Source: Candidatus Delongbacteria bacterium
GTDB lineage: Bacteria; CAIWAD01; BS150m-G50
Assembly: GCA_016784425.1 (NCBI GenBank)
Contig: JADHUQ010000003.1
Coordinates: 1-37,372 of the forward strand
DNA: 37,372 nt
Direction of reading: 5' to 3'
A program made the position numbers and the translations under genes. Each line of letters opens with the position of its first letter. Within the stretch, counting starts at the first letter, position 1. Below are positions 1 to 9,216 of the stretch, one piece after another. Under the pieces are notes generated by a model. The model had not been told where the DNA came from. It ran no database searches and worked only from the letters and a program-made list of their open reading frames with translations.

Positions 1-961
1 GAAAGGTAGTGGGATGCGGGAATATTCGGCCATACCAGTGAAGTGACTGCAGGTCCAGCAAACCGATACCCAGGGTTCGTTCAGCGGGACCAGGATTCTG
101 CTTTAGAAAAGATTCCAGCCAGTAAAGACCCCAGCGCAGCTGCAGGTGATGAAAACAGTTCAGTTCCCATCCGAGATGTACCTCCTGCGACATATCAGCC
201 TGCTCTTCATCGGTGACATTGCGAAAATCGAGCGCCATCCGCATCCGATAAAAGCCTGGAAAGGGTAGCTTCCATTGATATTGCACCCCGGCGTTGAGAC
301 TGTTGTCGGCCAGTCGGTCACCCTGTAGACGGATTTCGCTGGCCCCCCCCGGCAGGTCAACAGCGGTTAATCCAACCTGCATTCTCCAGGCAGGACGGAG
401 AATTATTCCATAGATCAGACCGGTATCCCGCTCACCACTTTCAGGATTCCAGATAATCGGCAGCGAAACACCGAGGGTGACCTTGTCATCCATACGGTAG
501 GCAGCAGCCAGATAACTGACCGTCTCCTGCGAGCCGAGGTCGCTGTTCCAGGGATCGTCACCTCCGTTAACGGTTCGACCGATGAGTTGCTCAGCAGGTA
601 TCAGGGTCAAGGCTAATCGCTTGAAACGCAGATGTAACGAGGAGATGTAAAGTGACCAGGGAAAAGCCCGGCGCCAGCTGTCTCTGGAGTCACTGCTGTT
701 TTCAAGCTTCACCAGCAGCGGTACCGGATTGAGCATCAGGGTGAAAGCGGGCGCATGTGAACCACTGGTAGGATAACCGGCGGCGGGATTGTAACAGGCT
801 GCAGCAACCCAGTCACTGCCCGCGGCGAAACAGCCCCCCATACCCATAACTCTGGCACTGTGGCTGCTGACCAGCGTATACTGGTCGGCCCCGGTCGCAA
901 CCATGGTCACAGCCAGTAGAAAACCGGCGACCAGACTGCCATAGGAATCAGATAAGCGCAT
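1..961 (-). CDS. PorV/PorQ- or FadL-like outer-membrane beta-barrel protein, 3' end outside window
   Basis: Absent from the ORF track because it has no stop in the window. Hand translation from ATG 961 is open to the edge: MRLSDSYGSLVAGFLLAVTMVATGA (signal-like), then SARVMGMGGCFAAGSDWVAAACYNPAAG (ARxxGMGG...YNPA plug motif of PorV/FadL barrels), later EVHLGWE...LQLRWG. Overlaps the lnt end by 14 nt. Confidence 0.7.
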   Translation of the reverse strand, partial: MRLSDSYGSLVAGFLLAVTMVATGADQYTLVSSHSARVMGMGGCFAAGSDWVAAACYNPAAGYPTSGSHAPAFTLMLNPVPLLVKLENSSDSRDSWRRAFPWSLYISSLHLRFKRLALTLIPAEQLIGRTVNGGDDPWNSDLGSQETVSYLAAAYRMDDKVTLGVSLPIIWNPESGERDTGLIYGIILRPAWRMQVGLTAVDLPGGASEIRLQGDRLADNSLNAGVQYQWKLPFPGFYRMRMALDFRNVTDEEQADMSQEVHLGWELNCFHHLQLRWGLYWLESFLKQNPGPAERTLGIGLLDLQSLHWYGRIFPHPTTF

Positions 962-2453
962 TCTTCTTCTTTTTGCTGACTTTACTGCGCCACGAGACGG
1001 AACCGTAGAACATCAACAGGTATAAGGCGACACAGAGCAATGTCAACCGCATCAGCGGCCGCCCCCAGGATAGGTAGATCGACTCCCCACCCAGGAGGGG
1101 GACATTACAAATCAGAATATCCTGTTGTTCCACCGGCAGTATGGCGATGGTGTTGCCCCACCCGTCCAGCACCGCGGAGATTCCGTTGTTGGCGGCACGT
1201 ACCAGCGGTCTGCCGGTCTCAATAGCCCGAATCTGGCTCTGGGCGAAATGCTGGGCGGGTTCCAGGGTGTTGCGGTACCAGCCATCGTTGGTGATATTGA
1301 TCAACAGGTTGGCACCCAACCTGACCCTCTCATTAAAAAGCTGCTGGAATATGCTCTCAAAACAGATAGTGGGCGCGACTGCCAAAGTACTGTCCATCAG
1401 CTGGAGAACAGGTTCCCGGCAACCGGGGGCGAATTCCGCCTGTCCCAGATTGATCGATCCCAGCGAGGGCAGCCAGCGCTGAAAAGGAAACCGTTCGCCG
1501 AATGGCACCAGCTGTACTTTGTCATAACGGAGACTATGCGTGGTGGCATCAAAAAAGAAAACACTGTTGAAAATCTGCTTCTGTTCTTTGAGAAACTGAG
1601 ACGCGAGGGCACCGATGGCAATCGTAACCTGGTTCTCGGAAGCGGCCTGTCGCAATGCCAGCCGCCAGCGAGCACTGCGGTTGAGATAAAGCGGCGCTGC
1701 GGTTTCCGGGAATACTATCAGCTCTGCACCCCGCATCTGTGCCTGGTCAAAAAGTGCCATATTCAATGCCATCACGCTGTCGCAGGGGGCGCTCCATTTG
1801 ACATGCGGATCGAGATTGGGTTGGATGACGGCTACCAGTAGTGAATCTCCGGTTGGGTACAACACCTGTTCGTTCAGCTTTTCTCCCATAAAGGGCAACA
1901 GTAACAGGACCAATCCGGTAGCGATCGCCAGAAGACGCCACTTGTTGCGGCGAATAGCCATATAGATGAGAAAATTCATTGCCCCGACCCAGATGGTAGC
2001 GCCGAAGACACCGACCGTGGCAAAAATACCGGGCGTGGGGAAGGACAACTGGGTTACACCCAGCGCTACCCAGGGGAAACCGAGATCCCAGAAAGAGGTG
2101 ATATACTCAACCAAGGCCAGCATCAGGGGGATCTGCAGAAAGGCGGGACGCCCGACATGGCTGTACTGATAAGCTACGCTTTGAAAGATGAGTCCCCACC
2201 AGATGGAGAGATAGACAATGGCCAAAAGAGCTGTGGCAGTGGCTGCCCACAGCGAGAGGGCGCTGTTGGCAGCTATCCAGTGAAGTGTAAAGCCGTGGTA
2301 AACCAGACCACTTACAAATCCATATATGAATTTGCGTTTCCCCTGCTCTATCGCTACAAACCAGGGGATAAACATCACCCAGGCCAGCACAAAGAGGGGA
2401 AGCGGGGGAAAGGAGAGCGCACCCAACAGACCGCTGAAAACCATGCTGATCAT
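948..2453 (-). CDS. lnt: Apolipoprotein N-acyltransferase
   Basis: Multi-TM N-terminus, GFPW motif, QPN, nitrilase-fold triad motifs FPETA / YDKVQLVPFGE / ICFES, plus TNDGWY and RAANNGIS. Confidence 0.95.
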   Translation of the reverse strand: MISMVFSGLLGALSFPPLPLFVLAWVMFIPWFVAIEQGKRKFIYGFVSGLVYHGFTLHWIAANSALSLWAATATALLAIVYLSIWWGLIFQSVAYQYSHVGRPAFLQIPLMLALVEYITSFWDLGFPWVALGVTQLSFPTPGIFATVGVFGATIWVGAMNFLIYMAIRRNKWRLLAIATGLVLLLLPFMGEKLNEQVLYPTGDSLLVAVIQPNLDPHVKWSAPCDSVMALNMALFDQAQMRGAELIVFPETAAPLYLNRSARWRLALRQAASENQVTIAIGALASQFLKEQKQIFNSVFFFDATTHSLRYDKVQLVPFGERFPFQRWLPSLGSINLGQAEFAPGCREPVLQLMDSTLAVAPTICFESIFQQLFNERVRLGANLLINITNDGWYRNTLEPAQHFAQSQIRAIETGRPLVRAANNGISAVLDGWGNTIAILPVEQQDILICNVPLLGGESIYLSWGRPLMRLTLLCVALYLLMFYGSVSWRSKVSKKKKNALI

Positions 2454-2857
2454 AACTGTTCGTCCAAATATTCCTGCAGAATCAAGGCTGCAGCGTAACC
2501 ATCAACAATTCCTTTGTCCTTACGCACGTTGCGACCATGCAGGTGAAGCAGTTCGCGGGCGCGTACTGATGAAAAATCTTCACTCACCCGATGAATCGGC
2601 AACCCCCATTCCGACATCAGGGCGATGAACTGCTCGATCTCCGGAACCAGCGTTCCAGGGGTACCGTTGCCCCGCATGGGGATGCCGATAATGATCGTCC
2701 CGATCTCATACTCCCGGCAGAGATCCTGGATGGAACTCAGCAACATCGAAATATCCCGTACCGCAATTGTCGTCAGGGGACGGGAAATCAGGCCGGTGGG
2801 ATCGGAAACCGCCACCCCGGTGCGGGCGCGTCCGTAGTCAATTGCCAGAAAGCGCAT
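2450..2857 (-). CDS. ruvX: YqgF/RuvX RNase H-like nuclease (pre-16S rRNA maturation)
   Basis: LAIDYGRARTGVAVSD, IGIP, SEDFSS, VDGYAAALILQEYL. Start trimmed to MRFLAID (ATG 2857). 4-nt overlap with lnt. Confidence 0.92.
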   Translation of the reverse strand: MRFLAIDYGRARTGVAVSDPTGLISRPLTTIAVRDISMLLSSIQDLCREYEIGTIIIGIPMRGNGTPGTLVPEIEQFIALMSEWGLPIHRVSEDFSSVRARELLHLHGRNVRKDKGIVDGYAAALILQEYLDEQL

Positions 2858-3056
2858 GCAAGAAGATAAGCGCTGTGCTGATTTTGTAAAGGAGAAGTGA
2901 TGAAAGTGGTCAGCAGCCAACTTCAAACAGGTTGAGAGTCAGCGGGACAGAGGACCGACCGGCCCGGCTGTGGGGAAACCGGTGGTCAGGAGAAGTCGCG
3001 TTTACAACCGTTTTCAGGTTTTCAAAGAATGGACAGCGGGGTTTGAGCGGAAGGTG

Positions 3057-3560
3057 CTAGAAATCGAGGGAACGGATCATCTTCAGGAACTGTTCCCGCC
3101 AGAGAGTCGTATCTGGACCGTTCAGGGGATGCTCCAGCCGGAAAGCGAAGAAACGCTCCTGACGTTCGAGAACTGCAACGCAGAGCTCATGCCTGATACC
3201 CTCCACCTGGAACTGCATAACCCGTAACGGCAGGGTGCCAACTGTTGTTGCCAGTATGCTGTCCAGCACATCCTCACTCTCTACCTGTGGGGGGAAAGCG
3301 AGCTGTTGCTCGAAAAATTCTGTCAGATCCAACTGCTGGTTGTCGATACGGATTGCGAAATGAGCAGCAATCTTGGTGGCGTGCCCGGAAAAGATGATCG
3401 ATCCAAAACCGGTTTCATCCAGCAGTTCACGATAGTTCCAGGAAACAGGAAGTTGCAGGGTGAAATCATAGGTGTCATTGTGATACACACGGGGGTTCTC
3501 TCCACCACCGCAGGAGGTAAGAAGAATCAGCAGGCCGAAAAAGCAGAGTGTGCGTAGCAT
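3057..3560 (-). CDS. Lipoprotein, possibly PsbP/DcrB-like fold
   Basis: Short hydrophobic signal with lipobox LTSC. YHNDTYDFTLQLPVSW at the start and FLKMIRSLDF at the end resemble PsbP-like proteins. Confidence 0.65.
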   Translation of the reverse strand: MLRTLCFFGLLILLTSCGGGENPRVYHNDTYDFTLQLPVSWNYRELLDETGFGSIIFSGHATKIAAHFAIRIDNQQLDLTEFFEQQLAFPPQVESEDVLDSILATTVGTLPLRVMQFQVEGIRHELCVAVLERQERFFAFRLEHPLNGPDTTLWREQFLKMIRSLDF

Positions 3561-3636
3561 AAAAAAACAGGTCGGTGGTTAAAGATGACTTGAGGCAAAA
3601 CCGATAGGTAAATTGTCGGTCCATTACCTCCTGTCC

Positions 3637-3684
3637 GGGGAAACAGTTACTGCCGCTCAAGTGGTGCTGTTTCCCCCTTTTTTT
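3637..3684 (+). terminator. Intrinsic terminator-like hairpin, oriented opposite to the flanking genes
   Basis: GGGGAAACAG (3637-3646) / CTGTTTCCCC (3667-3676) with further G-U inner pairing, followed by C and T7 (3678-3684). Confidence 0.5.
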
Positions 3685-3790
3685 GTGATGTGGAAACAAA
3701 ATAACCAGTAATTCACGATCGGCTTGGCATTACCATTCAGCAAAAATGGAGTGCTGGAACTGACGAGTAATGGGAAATACTATGCGCCTG

Positions 3791-3820
3791 GCGGATGCCG
3801 GTCAGGTACCCGGCACCCGC
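3791..3820 (-). terminator. GC-rich stem-loop just after the beta-barrel gene stop (no U-tract)
   Basis: Minus strand GCGGGTGCCGG-N8-CCGGCATCCGC, an 11-bp stem starting 14 nt past the stop at 3835. Confidence 0.5.
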
Positions 3821-3834
3821 AGGGTAATATCTTG

Positions 3835-4554
3835 TTAGAAAGGGGTTGTAAAGAACTTGCGTATACCGATGTTGAAACAGACTGCGTGCATCATGGGGCC
3901 GTCACCGGTTTTAAGATTCTGGGAATTACGTGAATCGGGAATTTTTCCCAGATAAAGGTCACCGCGTGCATAGAAATCGAGCGTCGTACCGAGGTTGTAC
4001 ATCATCCCATAACCGAGATTGAATACAAACCCGGACTGCACTTTACGATAGTCTTCAATCCAATCATCCTCAACGTCGTACATGGAAACCCGGTAAGTAC
4101 CTGTTACCACACCGGCACCCAGGTCAACAAAGGAACTGAGTTGGCTGGTGGGATTAAATTCATAACGCATACCGACAGTGAAAGTATGAAAATTGAAACG
4201 CCTTTCGGTGCGATCAACCCTCTCTTTCAGCAGGAAATCAGAGACATAATAATTGAGTTCATCATCCAGATCAGATCCCTCGGTTACCGGTGCGACGAAG
4301 TACTGCAATTTCATGATCAGATCACGTCGACTAAAACGATGACCCAGAACCACATTGCCCATTCCGCCAGTGCCAAAGTCACCCTGAAGTTTGAAAACAT
4401 CGCGGTACAGGTTCACCTTGTTGGGTGAAGTGAAGGTTTCCTGATCCAACATATAGTGACCACCTACACCCAGTTCAAAATAGTCACGTGGAATACCAAA
4501 CGCTGTGGTTATAAAAGCCAGTGTAAAAACCAGTCCCAGCTTCAACTGCTTCAT
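3835..4554 (-). CDS. Small outer-membrane beta-barrel protein (OmpA-TM/OmpW-like)
   Basis: Sec signal ending TAFG, alternating aromatic/Gly strands (VGMRYEF, FVDLGAG, NLGYGMMY, NIGIRKFF), terminal Phe, strong SD AGGAGG. Confidence 0.8.
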   Translation of the reverse strand: MKQLKLGLVFTLAFITTAFGIPRDYFELGVGGHYMLDQETFTSPNKVNLYRDVFKLQGDFGTGGMGNVVLGHRFSRRDLIMKLQYFVAPVTEGSDLDDELNYYVSDFLLKERVDRTERRFNFHTFTVGMRYEFNPTSQLSSFVDLGAGVVTGTYRVSMYDVEDDWIEDYRKVQSGFVFNLGYGMMYNLGTTLDFYARGDLYLGKIPDSRNSQNLKTGDGPMMHAVCFNIGIRKFFTTPF

Positions 4555-4818
4555 TCATTCCTCCTGTTCGAGGTTGATGGATAATGTGTTTTTAGATAAT
4601 CCGGTTGTCTTGTTTTCATGTCCAGACCGGTGACAGCTATAGCCAGGGTGGTTTACCACACTCTGGGTCCGAAAGCTTCCTCAAATAATTCTTCCAATCA
4701 GAAACGGAACTATGATGATCGAGAAGTTTACATTTCGTAAAACGCAACCGCTGAACGGTTCCTTTTCTTTCCAGGAACTTAACAAAAAACTGATAAAAGT
4801 CTATCAAGTCCAGTGATT

Positions 4819-4835
4819 TGCAACATCCGCGCCAG
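4819..4835 (-). promoter_or_regulatory. Putative sigma54 (-24/-12) promoter for the beta-barrel gene
   Basis: Minus strand CTGGCGCG-GATG-TTGCA versus consensus YTGGCACG-N4-TTGCW: one mismatch, correct GG-N10-GC spacing, intergenic and correctly oriented. Predicted TSS ~4808. Confidence 0.65.
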
Positions 4836-4860
4836 TTTCTACTAAATATGATGGTAACCT

Positions 4861-7074
4861 TCAGACGACCGTTTCATCACGCCGCTCTACCCGGACAATG
4901 CCCTTAATCCCCTTCAAATGGCGGATGACACGCTCCAGGTGATCCCGATCATGCACCTCCAGCACAAATTTCCCGATCGCCAGATTGTCCTGTTTGCGCA
5001 TATTGAACTGCCGGATGTTGATCTCCATCCGCGCCAGCACATCGGAAAGGTCGTGCAACATGTTGCGTCGATCTTCACCGACGACGATAATCCGTGCCAG
5101 GAAATAATTGCTGTCTGCCACATCCCACATTACCTCGACCAGTTTGTCCGGATTGGCATGGGTCATCTGCTGGGCGTTGCGGCAATTGGAACGGTGAATT
5201 GTAATCCCCTTGCCGGTAGTAATAAAACCGTTGATCGCATCCCCAGGCAGCGGCTGACAACAGCGTGCAAAATTTACCATGATGTTGTGCAGCCCCTGCA
5301 CCCGGATTGCGGTTGATTTCTGTTTATCGGTCCGGCTCAGCCGCGAGCGCAACCGTCCCATTATAGTAGTGCTGCTTTCTGGTGTTTTCAGCAATCGCAG
5401 GAATTCACGAAGTTGCAGTTCTCCCCGCCCCAGGGCGGCATGGAGCAGATCGTCCTTATGAAAACCGGCCTGTTTGGCCAGGTCGTGCAGCTCAACCGGG
5501 TTCAAATGCAGTTTACGTCGAGTCAACTCGCGCTGTAACATCTCTCGCCCCAGTTCAACAGCCGACTGGTGATGCTCATCCTTGAACCAGCGACGCAGAC
5601 GGGAACGGGCACGGGAAGTATGAACGAATTTAAGCCAGTCAAGACTGGGCTGATGCGACTGGGAGGTGATGATCTCCACGGTCTGACCTGACTTCAGCTC
5701 CTTATCCAGCGCAATGATACGGCCGTCGGTCTTGGCGCCGATGCAATGCAGCCCGACCTCGGAGTGAATGCGAAAGGCAAAATCGACCGGTGTGGAACCG
5801 GCCGGTAGTTGAATCAGCTTCCCCCCGGGGGTGAAAACAAAAATATCATCGTGGAACAGATTACTCTTCAGGCTCTCCATGAAGCCGGCATCAGCCGGGG
5901 TAGCGTTCTGCTCCTCCAGCATCTCCTTGAACCAGCGGAAAAAACTGTCCAACTCTGAGTCGGGACTTCCCTCCTTGTAGTTCCAGTGGGCAGCGATGCC
6001 ATGCTCCGCCACCCGGTCCATCTCCTGGGTGCGGATCTGCACTTCGAAGAGGTGACCACCCGGTGCTACCGCCTTGGTGTGTAGCGACTGGTAGTTGTTT
6101 GATTTCGGTGTGGCGATATAATCGAAGAACTGGTCAGGAACAGGTGTGTAGATTGCGTGAATGGTCCCGAGCACATAGTAACACTCGTCATTATTCTCCA
6201 CAATAATCCGGATGGCGAAGAGGTCGTAGATTTCGTCAAACTGCTTTTGTTGTTTCCACATCTTATTGTGGATAGAGTAGAAGTGCTTGGCGCGCCCCTT
6301 GATACGGGCAGCGACACCATCCATCTCCAGTTTACTTTTGATCGGTTCGATGATCTCCTGAATCACCGATTCCCTCTCTTCGTGACTCAGATCAACCTGT
6401 TGTTCGACCGCGGCATACTCCTGGGGCTGCAGGACCTGGAAACAGAGATCCTCCAGTTCTCGCTTGATGCGGGCCATACCAAAACGATGTGCAAGCGGCG
6501 CATAAACCTCTAGTGTCTCCTCGGCAATGCGCTGCTGTTTCCCCTGTGGGATATAAGAGATGGTCCGCATGTTGTGCAGGCGATCTACGAACTTGATGAA
6601 AATCACCCGCAGATCGGAGGACATGGAGAGCAGCATTTTGCGGAAGTTAAGCGCTTGCTCGTTCTCAGTGCTGGTGAACTTGAGATCACTGATCTTGGTT
6701 ACCCCATCCACCAGTGCAGCGATCTCAGGACCAAACTCCCGCTCTACCTTGCTGATGGAGATGTCGGGATTATCCTCTACGACATCATGCAGCAGACCGG
6801 CGACCAGCGTATTCTGATCCATGCGCATCTGCGCCAGTATCAGGGCAACCTGCAGGGGATGCATTAGGTAGGGTTCCCCGGAACGACGAAATTGACCGAG
6901 GTGAGCGCGATAGGCGAAAACGAAACCGCGCCAGATCAGTTCCTCATCTACCTGTTCGCATTGTTCCAGGAGTGTATCACAGATTTGCTGGAGCAGCTGG
7001 AGCATGGTGTCGCGATGCTCGTCGTCACCGATATCATTCTGGAAGAGTTCCTGCGTCAGACTGCACAGTGGCAT
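4861..7074 (-). CDS. rel: Bifunctional (p)ppGpp synthetase/hydrolase (long RSH, Rel/SpoT)
   Basis: RRSGEPY, intact HD motif LLHDVVED, DRLHNMRT, YQSLHT, EVQIRT, TGS domain (TPVDFAFRIHSEVG), CC motif, C-terminal ACT domain. Confidence 0.96.
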   Translation of the reverse strand: MPLCSLTQELFQNDIGDDEHRDTMLQLLQQICDTLLEQCEQVDEELIWRGFVFAYRAHLGQFRRSGEPYLMHPLQVALILAQMRMDQNTLVAGLLHDVVEDNPDISISKVEREFGPEIAALVDGVTKISDLKFTSTENEQALNFRKMLLSMSSDLRVIFIKFVDRLHNMRTISYIPQGKQQRIAEETLEVYAPLAHRFGMARIKRELEDLCFQVLQPQEYAAVEQQVDLSHEERESVIQEIIEPIKSKLEMDGVAARIKGRAKHFYSIHNKMWKQQKQFDEIYDLFAIRIIVENNDECYYVLGTIHAIYTPVPDQFFDYIATPKSNNYQSLHTKAVAPGGHLFEVQIRTQEMDRVAEHGIAAHWNYKEGSPDSELDSFFRWFKEMLEEQNATPADAGFMESLKSNLFHDDIFVFTPGGKLIQLPAGSTPVDFAFRIHSEVGLHCIGAKTDGRIIALDKELKSGQTVEIITSQSHQPSLDWLKFVHTSRARSRLRRWFKDEHHQSAVELGREMLQRELTRRKLHLNPVELHDLAKQAGFHKDDLLHAALGRGELQLREFLRLLKTPESSTTIMGRLRSRLSRTDKQKSTAIRVQGLHNIMVNFARCCQPLPGDAINGFITTGKGITIHRSNCRNAQQMTHANPDKLVEVMWDVADSNYFLARIIVVGEDRRNMLHDLSDVLARMEINIRQFNMRKQDNLAIGKFVLEVHDRDHLERVIRHLKGIKGIVRVERRDETVV

Positions 7075-7082
7075 GATATGTC

Positions 7083-8486
7083 CTAGAAACCGATCTCCTC
7101 AGCAGCTCGCTCCTGACCGGGTGCCGGTGGAGGTGCATTATCCTCAGCGATGAATTCCTCGAAACGCTGAATATGTTTGTGGAAGGTAAGCTTAACCGGG
7201 CCGATCGGACCGGTGCGGTTCTTGCCGACATCGATGAGTGCCTGATTCTCCAAAGACTTACCGGAATCGTCAGTTTTGCGATAGACCTCGTCGCGATGGA
7301 CAAACATGACGATGTCGGCGTCCTGCTCGATAGCGCCGGAATCACGCAGATCTGACAGTATCGGCCGTTTAGACTCTTTGCGACGCTCGCTCTCGCGGGA
7401 AAGCTGGGAAAGAGCGACCACTGGAATTTCAAAATCCTTAGCCATCGCTTTCAGGGCACGGGTTGCGGCAGCCACCCGTAGCGCCTGATTATCAGCGTCA
7501 GGCAGATGCATCAACTGCAGGTAATCGATAAACAGCATATCGACCTTGTCACCAGTCATCGACAACCGCTGCAATTTTGCCCGCAGGTCGGTCAGGGATA
7601 CTTTACTGGTGTCGTCGATAAAAACCTGGTAGGAGGCCAGATTGGCTGCGGCCCGCGCCAGTTTGCGGGTCTGGGTATCACGCAGGATAGAACCACTCTT
7701 GAGGGGGGTGAGGGAAACGCCTGATTCGATCATGATCAGACGCATACCCAGTTCCTTCCAGGTCATTTCGAGGGAGATGAAGGCGATCTTGTAATTGTGG
7801 GCAGCCGCATTACGGGCTAAATTGAGGGCAAATGCGGTTTTGCCCATACCGGGCCGCCCGGCCAGCACCACCAGGCTGCCGGGACTGAATCCTCCCAGCA
7901 TCCGATCAAGGTCAGGAAAACCGGTGGTGATCCCCTGCAGACCGCCCCCCTTCTGCTGGATCGACTCGATCTCCTTCATAACATCTTTCATCCCCTCGGC
8001 TGTGGGAATAAAATCTCTCTGCAACGATTGGCCGGTGGAGAGCCGGTAAAGCTGGTCCTCAACATCCCGCAGCAGCTCATCAAAGACTGCCGCCGGGGAG
8101 TTGCCTTCACGCTGCAACCGGTTCCCGATCCGGATCAACTCCCGCAACAGGGCATGCTGGTGGACTATTTCAAGGTGGTACTGGACATTAGCGGTGGAGG
8201 TGGTTACAGCCAGACAATCGGAGAGATAGCTGCCGCCGCCGGCTTGCTCCAGGCTCTCCATCTTCTCCAGTTCTGCGTGGAGCGTCACAATGTCGATGGG
8301 GCGGCCCTCCTCAAAGAGCCGCTGCATCGCTTTGAACATGACTTTATGTTCCAACTGGTAGAAATGCTCAGCCTGCAGATTTTCCAGCACCAGTGCGCAG
8401 GCATCCTGATCTATCAGCATACTGCCGATTACCTGTTGTTCCGCCTCATTGGAATGGGGCGGTTGCAGCCGGTCGGTGTCACTCAT
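7083..8486 (-). CDS. dnaB: Replicative DNA helicase
   Basis: PPHSNEAEQQVIG, Walker A GRPGMGKT, IDYLQLM, LSQLSR, DLRDSGAIEQDAD, KNRTGP. No intein. Confidence 0.97.
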   Translation of the reverse strand: MSDTDRLQPPHSNEAEQQVIGSMLIDQDACALVLENLQAEHFYQLEHKVMFKAMQRLFEEGRPIDIVTLHAELEKMESLEQAGGGSYLSDCLAVTTSTANVQYHLEIVHQHALLRELIRIGNRLQREGNSPAAVFDELLRDVEDQLYRLSTGQSLQRDFIPTAEGMKDVMKEIESIQQKGGGLQGITTGFPDLDRMLGGFSPGSLVVLAGRPGMGKTAFALNLARNAAAHNYKIAFISLEMTWKELGMRLIMIESGVSLTPLKSGSILRDTQTRKLARAAANLASYQVFIDDTSKVSLTDLRAKLQRLSMTGDKVDMLFIDYLQLMHLPDADNQALRVAAATRALKAMAKDFEIPVVALSQLSRESERRKESKRPILSDLRDSGAIEQDADIVMFVHRDEVYRKTDDSGKSLENQALIDVGKNRTGPIGPVKLTFHKHIQRFEEFIAEDNAPPPAPGQERAAEEIGF

Positions 8487-9216
8487 CTATATTTTCTCCC
8501 CGGTAGATGGCGCGAACACGTTTCATATCTTCCCAGGCCGGTTTTTTCCAGTGCGGATTACGCAGCAGCGCTGCAGGGTGATAAGTAACCATCAGCGGTA
8601 TGCCATGATAGTCGTGCAACTGTTCCCGCATCTGTCCCAGTGAATGCGTCCCCTTGAGCAATGTGTTACCGGCGATACGGCCCAACGCCAGGATGAGGGT
8701 CGGCCGGATAATCTCAAGTTGTTGTATGAGAAAGGGCTCACATTGCTCTACTTCCTGGCTGTTGGGATCGCGGTTCAGGGGGGGGCGGCATTTCAGAACA
8801 TTGGCAATATAGACCTCTTCGCGGACCAGACCGATGGCAGCCAGTATCTTGGTCAGCAACTGCCCCGCCCTGCCGACAAAGGGGACACCCTGTGCATCCT
8901 CGTCTGCTCCCGGCGCTTCACCAACCAGCACCAGACGGGCTGTAGCACTACCTGTCCCGAATACAACCTGCTGGCGTGTCGCCGCCAGAGGACATTTTTT
9001 ACAGACCAGCAGCGACTGTTCCAGACCGTACAGATCCTCAGCCGGCGTTTTGACACTAGCTGTCTCCGGTGCAGAGGTCTGTGCCATGCTTCCCTCGTTG
9101 AGATAAATGTGCTTACCGAACATAGACTGTTGACGCCAGAATTCACACACCTGTTCGCGATCCATGGGGTCACCGTTCCTTGGAAGAGTTTGCTCCCGGT
9201 GATACTCTACGGTCAA
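8479..9216 (-). CDS. udg: Uracil-DNA glycosylase family 4 (4Fe-4S)
   Basis: CKKCPL, GEAPGADED, KCRPPLNRDP, YHPAALLR. Start uncertain (9216, or the downstream MDREQ). Confidence 0.93.
   Translation of the reverse strand: MTVEYHREQTLPRNGDPMDREQVCEFWRQQSMFGKHIYLNEGSMAQTSAPETASVKTPAEDLYGLEQSLLVCKKCPLAATRQQVVFGTGSATARLVLVGEAPGADEDAQGVPFVGRAGQLLTKILAAIGLVREEVYIANVLKCRPPLNRDPNSQEVEQCEPFLIQQLEIIRPTLILALGRIAGNTLLKGTHSLGQMREQLHDYHGIPLMVTYHPAALLRNPHWKKPAWEDMKRVRAIYRGENIDE

Noticed and set aside
160-360. 66-aa ORF and a possible frameshift at the C8 run (343-350)
   Set aside because: The PorV/FadL-like frame reads through the run intact (CCG GGG GGG GCC), so the short ORF is an alternative frame.
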